Source of the DNA: Sarea resinae
Lineage: Eukaryota
Reading direction: 5' to 3'
NCBI GenBank assembly: GCA_026026165.1
Contig: JAPEUD010000016.1
Coordinates: 62,001 to 126,000, forward strand
Length of the DNA stretch: 64,000 bases
Made by a program: the position numbers and the translations under genes. A model generated the notes under the pieces. The model was not told the DNA's origin and ran no database searches. It saw only the letters and a list, made by a program, of their open reading frames with translations. Positions 51,819 to 63,299 of this stretch are shown piece by piece (position 1 is the stretch's first letter; each line of letters begins with the position of its first letter).

Positions 51819-53321
51819 CTAGCCAGCAAACACGAGATCAACAACTTGTCTAGAAAGCCTCCGAACCTCAACATATCCACCCTCCTCAACCCGAATAATT
51901 CTTCCATCTATACATACCCGTCTCCATCGACCATCCTTCTCCCTCTCGTCAAAATCGATCCGCACGCCTTCGACGTCTTCATAGCTCACCACTTCGTCAT
52001 GGATATGCAGACCTCCTTGATACGCTAGCCCCATCACTCGCATGGCTTCGTCTCCAGACATGGGGCCAAAATGGACCACGCGTATCTGGCCGTCCAACGG
52101 TTTTGACGAGGGTGATATGGTGAATCCCCTTTCCAAGGTAGAGACCATAGTCGTCAAAACGTACATATGCTCTTGTCGATCCAAGACTTCATAGTGGTCC
52201 GTACCGTCGGCCGCCTTGTTGATCAGAGACACCTTTGCTTTGTATCGATGTGGCGGCTCGCCATTTGAAGGGAACAACTCCTCCTTTGCGGCCATCTGGA
52301 AGCGCTGAGCGCCGAATTTCCTATACTCTGTCGTGTCGCTATCTGCCACCAGTGCGGCATGGAATCCCCAACTGCAGACGACGGCGCCATACATGGCGCC
52401 CTCGCCATCGATTTCGCTGCGGAACCGTTCACTTCGTCTGCCTTCATCCACAACACGTTCGGCTCCAAGGGAGAACTGTGCCAGAAAGAGCGGAAGCGGA
52501 GTGGGAGAGCCTTTCAGTAGGTTTGCAAGACCGAGTGTCGAGCCTTGAGCGATTCCAGTCGAGTTTCCGAGAGCGTTGCCCGTTCCCAATGTGAGAAGCC
52601 CGATGGTCGGCTTCACATAATTTGGACCCGCAGTGGCCGAGCAGAGAACATTGATAGCATCCGACACGCCTCCATCACCGGAGAGGAGTATGATCGTCTG
52701 CCTAATGCCTTCGTTGGCTCGGGGCAGGAAGGTCGAGCATGTCAGGTCGGTGACAGTCTCGGCAGACTGTGTCTCGTGCACTTGATAATCATCCTCGGCG
52801 ATGCCGGCAGATAGGAGCGTAGGCTTGACGAGGTCAGCGAATATTGACAGCGCGAGCCCAGTACCGGAGAGTGTCGATATGACGATGTGAAGGTTTGGGG
52901 AGCCATCACTATTGCGGGGCACTGAAAGGTGAGCCGGCGGCTGAGCAATGAGATGTTCGCGAAGAAATGCTTCGGGCGGATTCTCGATGGGAAGGGATGC
53001 AAAGATAGGCGTGCTCTTGCCATCCACTTTCGTATCGGCCGGATCCTTTGTCTGCTGAGCAGTAAGAAGAGTGTATGCCCCCACTTCTCGTCGCTCATGC
53101 GTATGGGTGTCGGTTGATGTAGCAGAGAAGCCATTGACTTGTGCATTATGCAGCGGGATGAGGCCAATCACGTCAGCTCCATCCACATGGCCCTCGTGAG
53201 AAGTTGTCTGCGATCGCCAGTGCAGCGACTTTGGGTCGTCGGGCTGATACTCAAAGCTGACTTGCTGGCCTTGAACGGCCCCCGCCGACCGTAGTCCGGG
53301 GGGAGAAACATGTTCGGTCAT
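51819..53321 (-). CDS. Diacylglycerol kinase catalytic-domain protein (sphingoid base kinase-like)
   Basis: Single 500-aa ORF. ISTLSGTG, LLSGDGGVSDAIN, LGTGNAL, VCSWGFHA, VCIDG. Confidence 0.85.
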   Translation of the reverse strand: MTEHVSPPGLRSAGAVQGQQVSFEYQPDDPKSLHWRSQTTSHEGHVDGADVIGLIPLHNAQVNGFSATSTDTHTHERREVGAYTLLTAQQTKDPADTKVDGKSTPIFASLPIENPPEAFLREHLIAQPPAHLSVPRNSDGSPNLHIVISTLSGTGLALSIFADLVKPTLLSAGIAEDDYQVHETQSAETVTDLTCSTFLPRANEGIRQTIILLSGDGGVSDAINVLCSATAGPNYVKPTIGLLTLGTGNALGNSTGIAQGSTLGLANLLKGSPTPLPLFLAQFSLGAERVVDEGRRSERFRSEIDGEGAMYGAVVCSWGFHAALVADSDTTEYRKFGAQRFQMAAKEELFPSNGEPPHRYKAKVSLINKAADGTDHYEVLDRQEHMYVLTTMVSTLERGFTISPSSKPLDGQIRVVHFGPMSGDEAMRVMGLAYQGGLHIHDEVVSYEDVEGVRIDFDEREKDGRWRRVCIDGRIIRVEEGGYVEVRRLSRQVVDLVFAG

Positions 53322-54829
53322 CCAGATAAAGCGATAAGGGCTATGTACGAAGTCGAGATTTCAGATTTCCATCGACAACGGGGAGCGATAATGATGATAT
53401 TGCTTCATGCTTGAGACAAAGGTAAGAGTATGAGATCTATATAGGTAGGTCACAGTAATGGGCAAGTAGGTAGGGCAAGGTCGCGGACGGCTGTCTCTAG
53501 ATGATCGCATCCAGAGCATTTCCCAGTCCGGCGATCTTCTGTACCGCGACGGTACCACCTGCTCCATCAGATTGTATTGTTTGACAGACGTACCTATCAT
53601 GTATATATCTATCATGCAAGTAATCTTATCGGGGCAACCTAAGATTACGCCATCCCCTCACAGCCCGAGTGTGACCGTCTGTGACCGTCACACAGATCCA
53701 TGGATTACTACCGACATTTTCAGCTCTAGAGGTGATCATTTGGCTGCCTAGACCCTGGAGCTCGTATCTCATCTCTCCAGCTCGCGAAATGAAAGTGGCA
53801 TATACACAGGAAGCAAACGGGCTGATCAAGCTCGCATGAGTAAGCATTTCTGGTGTTCCCAAATCCTGTTGCCCTCTCTATATCAGTTTCCCATCTTTCT
53901 CCAAGTGGCACGCCTGGTTCCGACTCCCTGCCCCTTACGAGTAGCCTGAGGTCAAGTAAGTGAGGTAGGCTAGAACATTACCGTACATCTAGATCAACTC
54001 CCTCCCTTCCTCCCCCTCACGAAAGCCCAGCTCAGATCCATCTAACCACATATCCTCTGCTCTCTCTATATCCCCCCCGCATGTCCCAAGACGGTTCTCC
54101 GGCCAGCTTATTCCTCTCCACTAGGTAGCTTCATAAGGTAGTCAAGCATTCCCTATACCTAAGGTACCTTCCGCCTGGTGGTTTCGGCCAAACCTTTAGA
54201 TTTATCAGATGAGCATTTCCCGAGGAGCTTGTATGTTCGACAGATCGAGCGAATATGCAGGGCCACCATGTTGGCTTTGGCAATGTATCGCTCTAAAGCT
54301 CCCCTCCCATTGATTGTCTACCAATTTATTACAACCACTCTGCCATCGCTTCTTTGCAACGACTGGAAACACGCTGATGGGCCACACAGCCCCTCATCTA
54401 CAATGGCCACGGTATTTCCAACCATGCCTGCCTACAAGGACCTTCTGATGATCGGTAGCGTACATCATTGCGGCCTGACACAAAGAGATCTTGTCAATTC
54501 TGCTTTCGAGCTGTCCTGATGTTACCGATACAATAAGCCTTGGTGAATGCTGCAAGCAGATGCAAACCCCAAAGCAGGGAAGCTCGCCATTTGCAAGTCG
54601 GGTTTGACAGAGCTGCGTGACATGATCATACTGCGAAAGCAGTACGGATGAAGAGGTGACATGGGCAAAAGAAAGAGGAATCCCTAGTAGGTAAACAGGA
54701 AGAAATCCCACGAAATGCCTTGCCACCCTGAGATCGCCTGCACCGCAACGCACCGCACAACGCTGTAATCAACTGTGAAAGTGGGAAGCACATGAAAAAG
54801 GAAAACGTCTCCAACCCCATTCCCTGGCT

Positions 54830-55630
54830 TCACATATTCTCCCGGAACATGCTCCTCCGCTCCGTCGGACTTTCTTCATGACTCGCCAGGCTTCCTTTGC
54901 TAGCAGTGGCTGTGTGTCCCGGCCCAGTGGGGTTGCTCGATTCCACCGGTCGAGGGCTCACGCTCCGGAGACCCATCCCGCTCCTCTCAGCACCATCTCC
55001 GAATGGATTCTGCGTATCTTCGTGTGCACCATCATGCTCCGTAGCAGTGGTACCGAAATATCCTTCCCGACTACGGCTCCTGCCCCTTCCGCTATCGCCG
55101 TCGCGGTCATCTCCGTAGTCTGGCGGAGCCGTCGAGGGCGTAGGCGCCATGCCCGGTGTGCTGCCCCCGTATCCGCCTCCGCCATATTGATTACCACTTC
55201 CGTGCAGCCCTAATTCCTGTTCTTCGTAATATGGGCCGTAGGCGTCCGCTTCGGTGCCGACACGAGCATCCCAGGCTTCATCCGGATCGAGTGGCCCGAA
55301 ACCTCTGCGCGAACCACGTCCACCTCTTCCTCCCCCGCCAATAATGGGCTCTTCGTAGCCATCGGACGAGTTGAAGCGGCGGCTCCGGAAGCCGCGGATC
55401 TTGTCGTTGAACCAGCCGATCACACCGCCAGGAGCAGGTGAGGGATAATTGGCGCGGCTGTTATTATAGGAGGAGCGATGGAACGGATTCAGGGATGGCG
55501 CGGGAAGACCGAGCCGTCTTGCGCGCAGTTGTGTCGTTATTATCCAGGCAGCAACAGCGACGATGATGATAACGACGACTATGATGAAGAAGACGGCGAG
55601 GCCGTCGGGGCCATGGTGGTCATCGCCCAT
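54830..55630 (-). CDS. Single-pass membrane protein with disordered Gly/Arg-rich cytoplasmic tail (conserved fungal hypothetical)
   Basis: 266-aa ORF. TM segment LAVFFIIVVVIIIVAVAAWII followed by QLRARRLGLP, FGPLDPDEAWDARV, NPFGD, RRSMFRENM. An intron lies immediately upstream (55707-55632). Confidence 0.8.
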   Translation of the reverse strand: MGDDHHGPDGLAVFFIIVVVIIIVAVAAWIITTQLRARRLGLPAPSLNPFHRSSYNNSRANYPSPAPGGVIGWFNDKIRGFRSRRFNSSDGYEEPIIGGGGRGGRGSRRGFGPLDPDEAWDARVGTEADAYGPYYEEQELGLHGSGNQYGGGGYGGSTPGMAPTPSTAPPDYGDDRDGDSGRGRSRSREGYFGTTATEHDGAHEDTQNPFGDGAERSGMGLRSVSPRPVESSNPTGPGHTATASKGSLASHEESPTERRSMFRENM

Positions 55631-56305
55631 GCTGTGGTCATGGAGGTATAGGATTGGCTTTGGGAGGTGATGGTGAAGTCAATTGACTTGCGCTGCGTAG
55701 GACGTACGAGGCGGTCGAAGTAGCAGCCAAAGTGTTCTGGCGTGGGACTAGCTTGCTAGCGAAACGATGGGCCGATGGCCACTGTGACAGATATCCAAGC
55801 ACCAAAAAGATCGATATGCGACAGAATGGCTGAGGGTGGTGAAGAGAGATGATGTGAGGTGAAGTGCAGTGATGTGAATACAAGACTGGAGGAGAGTGAC
55901 GAAAATAACCACAGCAAGAACTTGGGCTAAGTTGTAAGGCAAGGTCGATCCCCTATGGATCGTGTTGCACGTTAGGTTACCTTGCGTTTCAGGCCCATTA
56001 TTCACTTGGCTCGCCAAGCTTACGTGATGCAACGTTTCACCGTGACGGCTGCTTACACCTCTATTCAAACGACCTGGCTGATGCATTGTCGACGGCAAGG
56101 CCGTATATATTATCAGGAATATACTGTAACTCTCATAAAGCATCGATAGTAAAAGCTTTAAAGTCTTAGGTGCTTTGGTGATCGTTTCAACAAATTGTTG
56201 ACGAATGCATTAGGAAATACTTCAGGGCGACCAAAAGCTATTTATAGACACGCGCAGCGATGACCTCTCAATATCCCGTCTACTATTAATTCCTAGACAA
56301 AAAGA

Positions 56306-58294
56306 TCATATCCCCGATACACCAGTTCCCTCCTCTAACCCGCCATTATCTACCCAAGTGTCCCAAGCCGAACACGTCTCTTCCAGTATATCCTCGTCAA
56401 TCAGTGCAGATATCTCACTCTGTCGCTCTAGAAACTGAAGTGCAAAACCCTCCTCAGAATGCCATCCGATATGGCAATGCATCAGCCAGGCGCCTGGGTT
56501 GTCGGTCTTGAACGCCAGAATGAGATAGCCACTGCCAGGTAGCATGGCCACGTCGCGACGGGGTGGGTTTGTGACCGTTTCGATGGAAGAATTATAGGTA
56601 CCGGTACCTGAATCCAGGATGTAGAAGTCATGGCCATGCAGATGGATAGGATGAGGCAGACTATTCGTGGTCTCAATAATCAGAGCCGTCCACTCGTTTG
56701 CGTCAGGGAGCGTGATAACGCTCGATGAGTTTGCCCATGTGGTATTAGAGAGTTGAAGGAGTGTAGGGTCCGACCAGCTCACGCGCATGGAGCCCTGGGA
56801 TCCAATGGACCATTTGAACAGGTTTTGAAAAAGGGTTACCGTGACTGGAAGAGTAGTCTCTTCGCTCGATACCTCGGGCGTAAGGGACAAATAAGGCACG
56901 AGTGAGCTCGAAGATTCGTCGAGACAGGAGTCCGTATAGTCATAGGCGCTAGTAGTAGGATCGGTGGTTGTAGTAGCATTAGTGGAGTTGGAGGAGTAGC
57001 GAACTATCCCCTTGATATCTGTCGGGTTGTCGTTGTTGCTGCATGTAGTTTGAGGGATGGCGCGGAGCCAGTATGAGGAGGAAGATGATTGGTTTGCCGT
57101 GATTAGAATATCATATCTTTGGCCTATTGGTACGCCATCTTTAGCATATGTTATATTTTCAAGGGAAAGAGAGAATACGCACCCATTCCAATACTCAAGA
57201 CTTCAGTGGTATATGGGACGATGGGGACGAAATCAGTCGCAATGACCGTCATGGTGTGATTATCTAGTGAGAACTTGAAATGACTGTCAATGCCAGCGTT
57301 CACAAGGCGTATCAAATACGTTCGTCCCTCTTCAAACGTCGTTTCGAATCTCGAGCCACCATCGTCGTATGTGTTGGTACCATTGATGAGGCCATTATCG
57401 AGGGTTGGGGAGCCACTGGTTGCGGCCTCGCTATAGAGCGCGTCGGCCGTTTCATGCGACCAGTCATTCAGGAAGAGGGAGCCGAGGTCGGTGTCGTAAT
57501 TTGCGGTAGCTGGACCGTGGATTACAATTCCACCTACATGACAGTCAATTTCGGTTTTCAACGCCTGATGTAATAGTAGAATCTATACCGAAAATGCCCT
57601 CCCAAGCTTGAAGAGAGTAGTGAGAGTGATACCAGGACGAGCCGTATTGGGTGGCCTTCCAGGTGTAGGTATAAGTCTCTCCAGGCTAATATATCTGTTA
57701 GTTGACGAAATATTCGAGCAAAAAGCATTACGCACAGCCAAAGGGCACTGCGTGATAGATGGTACGCCATCCATCTGATTTGTATAATTCTGGCGCACGC
57801 CGTGGAAGTGGATTCCAGTGCCATTGTACGTCAAGCTGTTTGTGACGTGGACCACTGGGAAAGTTAGATCTGTTCTCGATAGCCAAGCAGAGGAAGAGCC
57901 TCGTACCAACCGTATCTCCCCAATTGGCTTCAATGGTTGGACCGGGAAAACTGCCGTTTACCAGAAGCACATTTCTTTCGACACCATCAGGAGAAGCCGT
58001 GGTATTGACAAGGTTAAACCAATACTATATTCATTAATTAGCAGGTGATGTGGATATGCGCGCTCCGTTACCCACCTCGACGGTGTTCCCTGTATCTGGG
58101 CCATCCGTGTAATAGTTGGTACTGAGATCATAATCGCACCATTGCGACCGATCAGAGGCCGTGTTGCCGGAACATGTAGAACTTCTGGCTGAGAGGGCTG
58201 TTCCCGAATATGCCGATGGGGTTGGCGTCGTGGATGCTAAGCCTATGAGTAGCAAGCAGGCGGTTTGAAAGGTGAGAAATATTGAAAAGTGCAT
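56306..58294 (-). CDS. Secreted laccase / multicopper oxidase (ascomycete AA1 type)
   Basis: Signal peptide [21 protein letters not shown]. Multi-exon. All four copper-binding motifs present: [44 protein letters not shown]. Confidence 0.95.
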
Positions 58295-59610
58295 TATCGA
58301 CGGCGTAGGCAGACTGAGAGATGGTTCTCAAGGCGAACTGATTGACAACGAATGGTAGAATTGCAGCTATCGAATGGCTTGATAACAAATGCGAAATGAC
58401 AGAGAAAATGCGCTATAATGCGAAGACGATGCCAGTGGCTATTTTCTACATGATAGAGAGAATCGATCCGGTTATAAATCATCGCAAGAAGAGAAAAGGG
58501 CAGTAGCAAGATGCTGCTCCACAGAAAGGACAAAGCATGACCTGCTCATGAGCCCTGCGACGCGTAAGGGACGGGCATCCTGCAAGCAGCTGGACGCTCT
58601 AGAGATTCTGGACATGTCGCGAGAAAAGTCCATTTGGATTCTAAGTTTGACCAGGATCACCGATCAATGCAGTGGAGAAAGGCAGATTGTTAGTGACTTT
58701 TTGGTGTTTTGCTGCCGAAGAGCCATAGTGCCATAGTGCCATGGTACTATAGTGCCATAATGCCGTGGTGCTTTTGAGGCTTTGACACTGACAGGGCCGA
58801 CTGTACGGAGAAGACGACGATAGCTGTGGGCAGGCCGAGGCCCGAGGCCGTTAGGCGTTGGCTCGCTGTGTGGATCCATACGGCGACTCTGTCACTTGGT
58901 ACTGGCGTTGAGCCCCGATCGCGTTAGGCCGGCACCGCCCATTTCCACATTGGAGACTAGGCCTGTGGTTCGACTCCGGAGTAGCCGCATCGGGAAGACT
59001 CAGACGTCGCTGGTCCCTCGAGGCAGGCCCAGATGGTATGCAGCATCAAAGCTTGCGGTGGGAGTCGTCAGCTCCTCCACTTCCTCCACTTCCTCCACTT
59101 CGACAAAACTTTATTCTCACCATGTCCGTGACCAGGATGGCCGCAAGCCACGACGGCAACGCAGACCCTTGGGCATGCCAGATCCCCGAAATATTCATCT
59201 TGTCGGCTTGATTGGCGCATTGGCTTTGCTCGAGCCCAAATGACCAGAGAGGCCAAGAGGCATGGGGAGCTGTGCTATCGGTGCAGTCCCTGACGACTGA
59301 CGTCTTGACTATTTGCTTCTCCTTTGCTTTGAATTGTTTGTTTTTTATTGCATGCAAGGGCAGCTAGCCGACCATGTTCACCGCGTTGCGTCGTAAGCCT
59401 CTATGGTGCTCGCCGCGTCACTGGTTTCATGTCCGTGATGAAGAAGTCTGTCGATTGGCTCGAAGTGCTGGTCCTTGTTTATTTGGATCTTTTCGATCAA
59501 TCTATTATGCTTTTCATGCGGAAGAGAACCTCTACATATAGTCCTCGTAGATCTCGTGTCGTCCGTATCATTGCTTAACGCTTCATGCATCTTCGTATTG
59601 TCTTCTCAAG

Positions 59611-60286
59611 ATGCAGCCATACTTCTCGTTGCTCCTGACCTGCTCTCTTTTTCTGACCAAGCTGGTGTCCGCATCCAGCAGCCTCCCTCCCCGTGCGGAC
59701 GATGCTGCATCCTTCAGTCTCTACGCATATGGCTCTGACATAGAGGGTCTGCCCATCTTCTATGGCGATGGTAATTTTCCAATGCAGCACATCTCCATCA
59801 TCCAAGCTAACTCGGGGCCTAGGTGTCGCATATACTGGCTATGCTACACCTCCGAATGTGTCACAGGCACTGAACGTAACCTGTCAGCACAACGTCCTTT
59901 CCTTCAGTTCCTCAAGTCTAACAGCTCCAGTCGCACCGGCACCCAACGATTCTACCGCATTCCAGATCTCGCCCAACAGCAGCGCCAATTGGACCTCCAA
60001 ACCCCGCCTCGCCATCAACATTGCACCGGACGCTTTCGACCCCGTGAAGTTCCTGAGCCCCAATGCGACGCTCTCCGACGACCAGATAGCGAGCGGTTTC
60101 CGTATCTATGGCAAAGATCTCGCATACCTGAACAGCTCTTCCGGGAAGCTGCAAGAAGCCTTTTGGGCCAGCAATACGAGCCAGAGCGGTGCGTGGGTCC
60201 TGAGGTGGAATGTAGGGGGGCAGTCCCACGATGGTAGCGTTCCCGTCGTTGTGAAGACGATGGCGCCTTCGAAGCCTTCTCACTGA
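59611..60286 (+). CDS. Small secreted protein of unknown function, about 190 aa
   Basis: Signal peptide MQPYFSLLLTCSLFLTKLVSA. Exons 59611-59770, 59823-59882, about 59931-60286. FSLYAYGSDIEGLPIFYGDGVAYTG...GFRIYGKDL...FWA...WVLRWN; several N-glycosylation sequons. Confidence 0.75.
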
Positions 60287-61089
60287 ATCGTCGGTGGCGG
60301 TGGTGTTGAATGAAAGAGCAGCCTTTGTCTACTTTTGCAATCCACAACTTTCTCAAGTCGAATGTCGGCCTTTGCACCAAGCGCTTGGATGTACTCTGCC
60401 GGCCTTTGTGGATGTAAAATATCCCCTGCGCCTTTCAATGCAGCCAGTAGTCCAGCCGATTCAGTCCAGACCCTTGGACCAGACCACCTCGCGGTCCAAG
60501 ACCTCCGAGCCATTTAGATCATTAGACCAGTGGGCCAATGGCAGCACTTTTCCCTTCCCAAGTCGCCTTTCCTATTCTCCCATTCTCTTTTAACCGTCAA
60601 ACAATGTATCCTAATCCGCGAGCTATTTCTATCCCGTTTCCAGCGATTCTTCAATTGCATGTAGTATACGTCGTGCATGCCCCGCTATCATGCTTCACTA
60701 TGATATTGTTGTCGTTCTACGGAAAACATGCTGTGCCCAAAAAATGCCGTATCAACAGAGTGTGTTATTCTCATGCATCACTCAGATCCGCATCATCCAC
60801 AGTGACACGGCATAAAGCAATCGAATACATTCGTGCGTCTTTTTTCTAGCCAGCCAGAGCCACGTTCCGCCGTCCAGCCCAACCAAATCCAACCTAAGTC
60901 AATCGCAACCCCATCGTTGCCAGTCTTATTGAGAAGTCATTTCAATTCCCTCCCCACGCCCCTACTTGATCCGGACCCCTTTCGCCCAATCATGCTCTAC
61001 ACCTCTTATCCAGTACTCTTCCGCCTAAAAGTGCATCACCACGAACCACGCCCTCTTAAACCGCCTGCCAGCTATATGCCAGACCTACG

Positions 61090-61464
61090 CCTACGTAACA
61101 CCTAGCAACTAACGACTAAACCTCACACCTTGTAACTTATATCTTACACCTATCTATTGATAGTATCTCTTTCTCTAGCTCTGATCCTATACATCTAGTA
61201 AAGAGAGAAGGAAAAGAAACACGAGCAACAAACAAAGAGATAGAATAACATCAGGGACAAAGAGAGAGAATAAGAACAGAGTAAAGAGACTTAAATGTTT
61301 AGATTTTAGTATTAGGATTAGGTTATTTTTAGTTAGGGTTAGGGGAGAGAGGAGAGGAAGAGAAGAGAAGAGAGAGAAAGAGAGAGGGGTTAGTTTAATA
61401 TCTAGTCGCCTAGTAAGTTGTTTATAAGAGTACTTATCTGATTAGAGTGTTTATCTAATATAGA

Positions 61465-61506
<42 letters not shown>

Positions 61507-62420
61507 TATAATAAGAAGGTATGCTATTACTCTCTCTCTTACTCTTCTCTCTTCTTTCTCTTCTCTCTCTCCTTTTTTCTCTTAATATATTTTTTCTATA
61601 GAGTATAATACTAATCTAGATAGCTATCTAAAGAGCTATCTATATATCTAGCAGATTATAGTTATTCTGTGCGCCTTTTAGCGTACTATTATTTCTCTCT
61701 TTTCTTACTTACTCTTACTCCTCTTACCTTTACTCTACCTCCTATCTAATCTAAGCTCATCTGCCCTAACTCACCCCTAGCTTTAAATAAGACACTCCTT
61801 CTAAAGCTACATACATACTTACTCTTCCCTTAATACTCTTTCTTTCTTTTTTTTCCTTCTTTCTTTCTCTAGAGGCCTCTCTACTCTTTCTAGAAGAGGA
61901 GTAGAGAGATAGGTATAGATACCTAGATAGAGAGAGGATAGACACAGATAGGTGTAGATACAACTACCTAGAGATTAAAATTATAGTAGAATAATATTAT
62001 ATTAAGATCTAGACACAACCACCTACCTTACCTAAGCTTACCTAACTCTGACTACACTAAACTAAACCTAGAGAGAAACTCTCCTAATAATGATGATTGT
62101 TCTTACTACTACTAGATAAGGACTACTAAATAAGGTAGGCAAACATGCTGTTCCTACATGCGCTATCCCAAAAAACAAAAAACAAAAAACAAAAAAAAGA
62201 CTACTAGAACCCGCCGGCTCGTCCAGGTTATGCCTAGGTATTTGCCTGTATAGCGCAGCCGCAGCGCTCCTCACGCGATTGTTGTTTTTATTACTGTGGA
62301 TCACCGCATTAGACCTAGACTACCTGATATAACAGGCCAAGACTAAGTCAACACATACAGTAAACCAGAACAGCACTCGTCGTCGATCGTCCATCACCTT
62401 CTCTACTACCTAGTACCTAC
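61090..62420. other. AT/TpA-rich, RIP-like intergenic tract
   Basis: Dense TA dinucleotides (e.g. tagctatctaaagagctatctatatatcta) with few CA/TG by eye; no coding signal. Confidence 0.55.
61471..61502. repeat. (GA)16 microsatellite within a TpA-rich tract
   Basis: Read directly. Confidence 0.9.
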
Positions 62421-63299
62421 CTAATCAGTCCCAAACCACGACACGAATAAAAAAAAAGTGCTCCATCGATCAAAAGCATCCCACTAGCAATCCAGTAAGT
62501 GATTAAATTTAACCAGATTGTCTGGCTAGAACTATGTAGATTGACCGGGTATTGTAGGAGACCAAGGAAGATAGATCGGGCGAGGGGGGTCTGGAAGCTT
62601 GCGTGGTCTTCGTCGGGGAGTGCAAGGTATCTAGCCGGATTAGAGTGCACGAAGATGGGGTTAGGATAGGTCGATGGGTAGGTAGGTGGGTAGGTGAGCA
62701 TAGAAGGATTGAGAAGCGTGCTATATTACATCCCCCACCACCACCACCACCACCACCATCACCATCACTAATCTCAAACACTACCATGCCAGAGAAAAGA
62801 GATAACAGTTGTCGCAATACCCATGCACACCACCTCAGCCATGCCCAACGTTTCCAAACAGGAAACCGCATATATGCGAATCAGACAGAGACAAAAAGGA
62901 CACGAAATGCGACAAACAAAAGTCCTGCCAACCTAGAGGGAAAAATGACCTAAACGCCGGGATATCAAAGTCGAGATGCCACGCGACAATCGAGTGGGCG
63001 GTTGGTGGTGATACCGGGGAAATTGAAGGGAATGGCGAGAGGAGATGGGATATTATGCAAAAGGGGTATCGAAAAATCAGAGGGTCGTGAGCTCGTATTG
63101 GCAAGCATCCGTCGAGAGTAGTCTTTTTCCATGATCATTCAGAGGCGTTGTTGGGTGTCGTTATCGTCTTTGTTGAGGTTCATTTCCCATCTCACTTCAT
63201 CCCATTCCGCCCACCCATAGTCATCTCCTCGGTTTTCCTTGTTTTCCTTCTGCCATCTTCCCTTCTCCACCTCGGATGTACTGTTCATGGTATTCTCTT

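Noticed and set aside
47467..53321. Lipase plus lipid-kinase adjacency as a lipid-signalling cluster
   Set aside because: Two common conserved genes in tandem; nothing in the sequence indicates functional coupling.
61300..61345. TTAGGG-like repeats (ttagggttaggg); also GGGTTAC repeats near 35900
   Set aside because: Only two perfect units inside low-complexity DNA; not a telomere or a convincing interstitial telomeric array.
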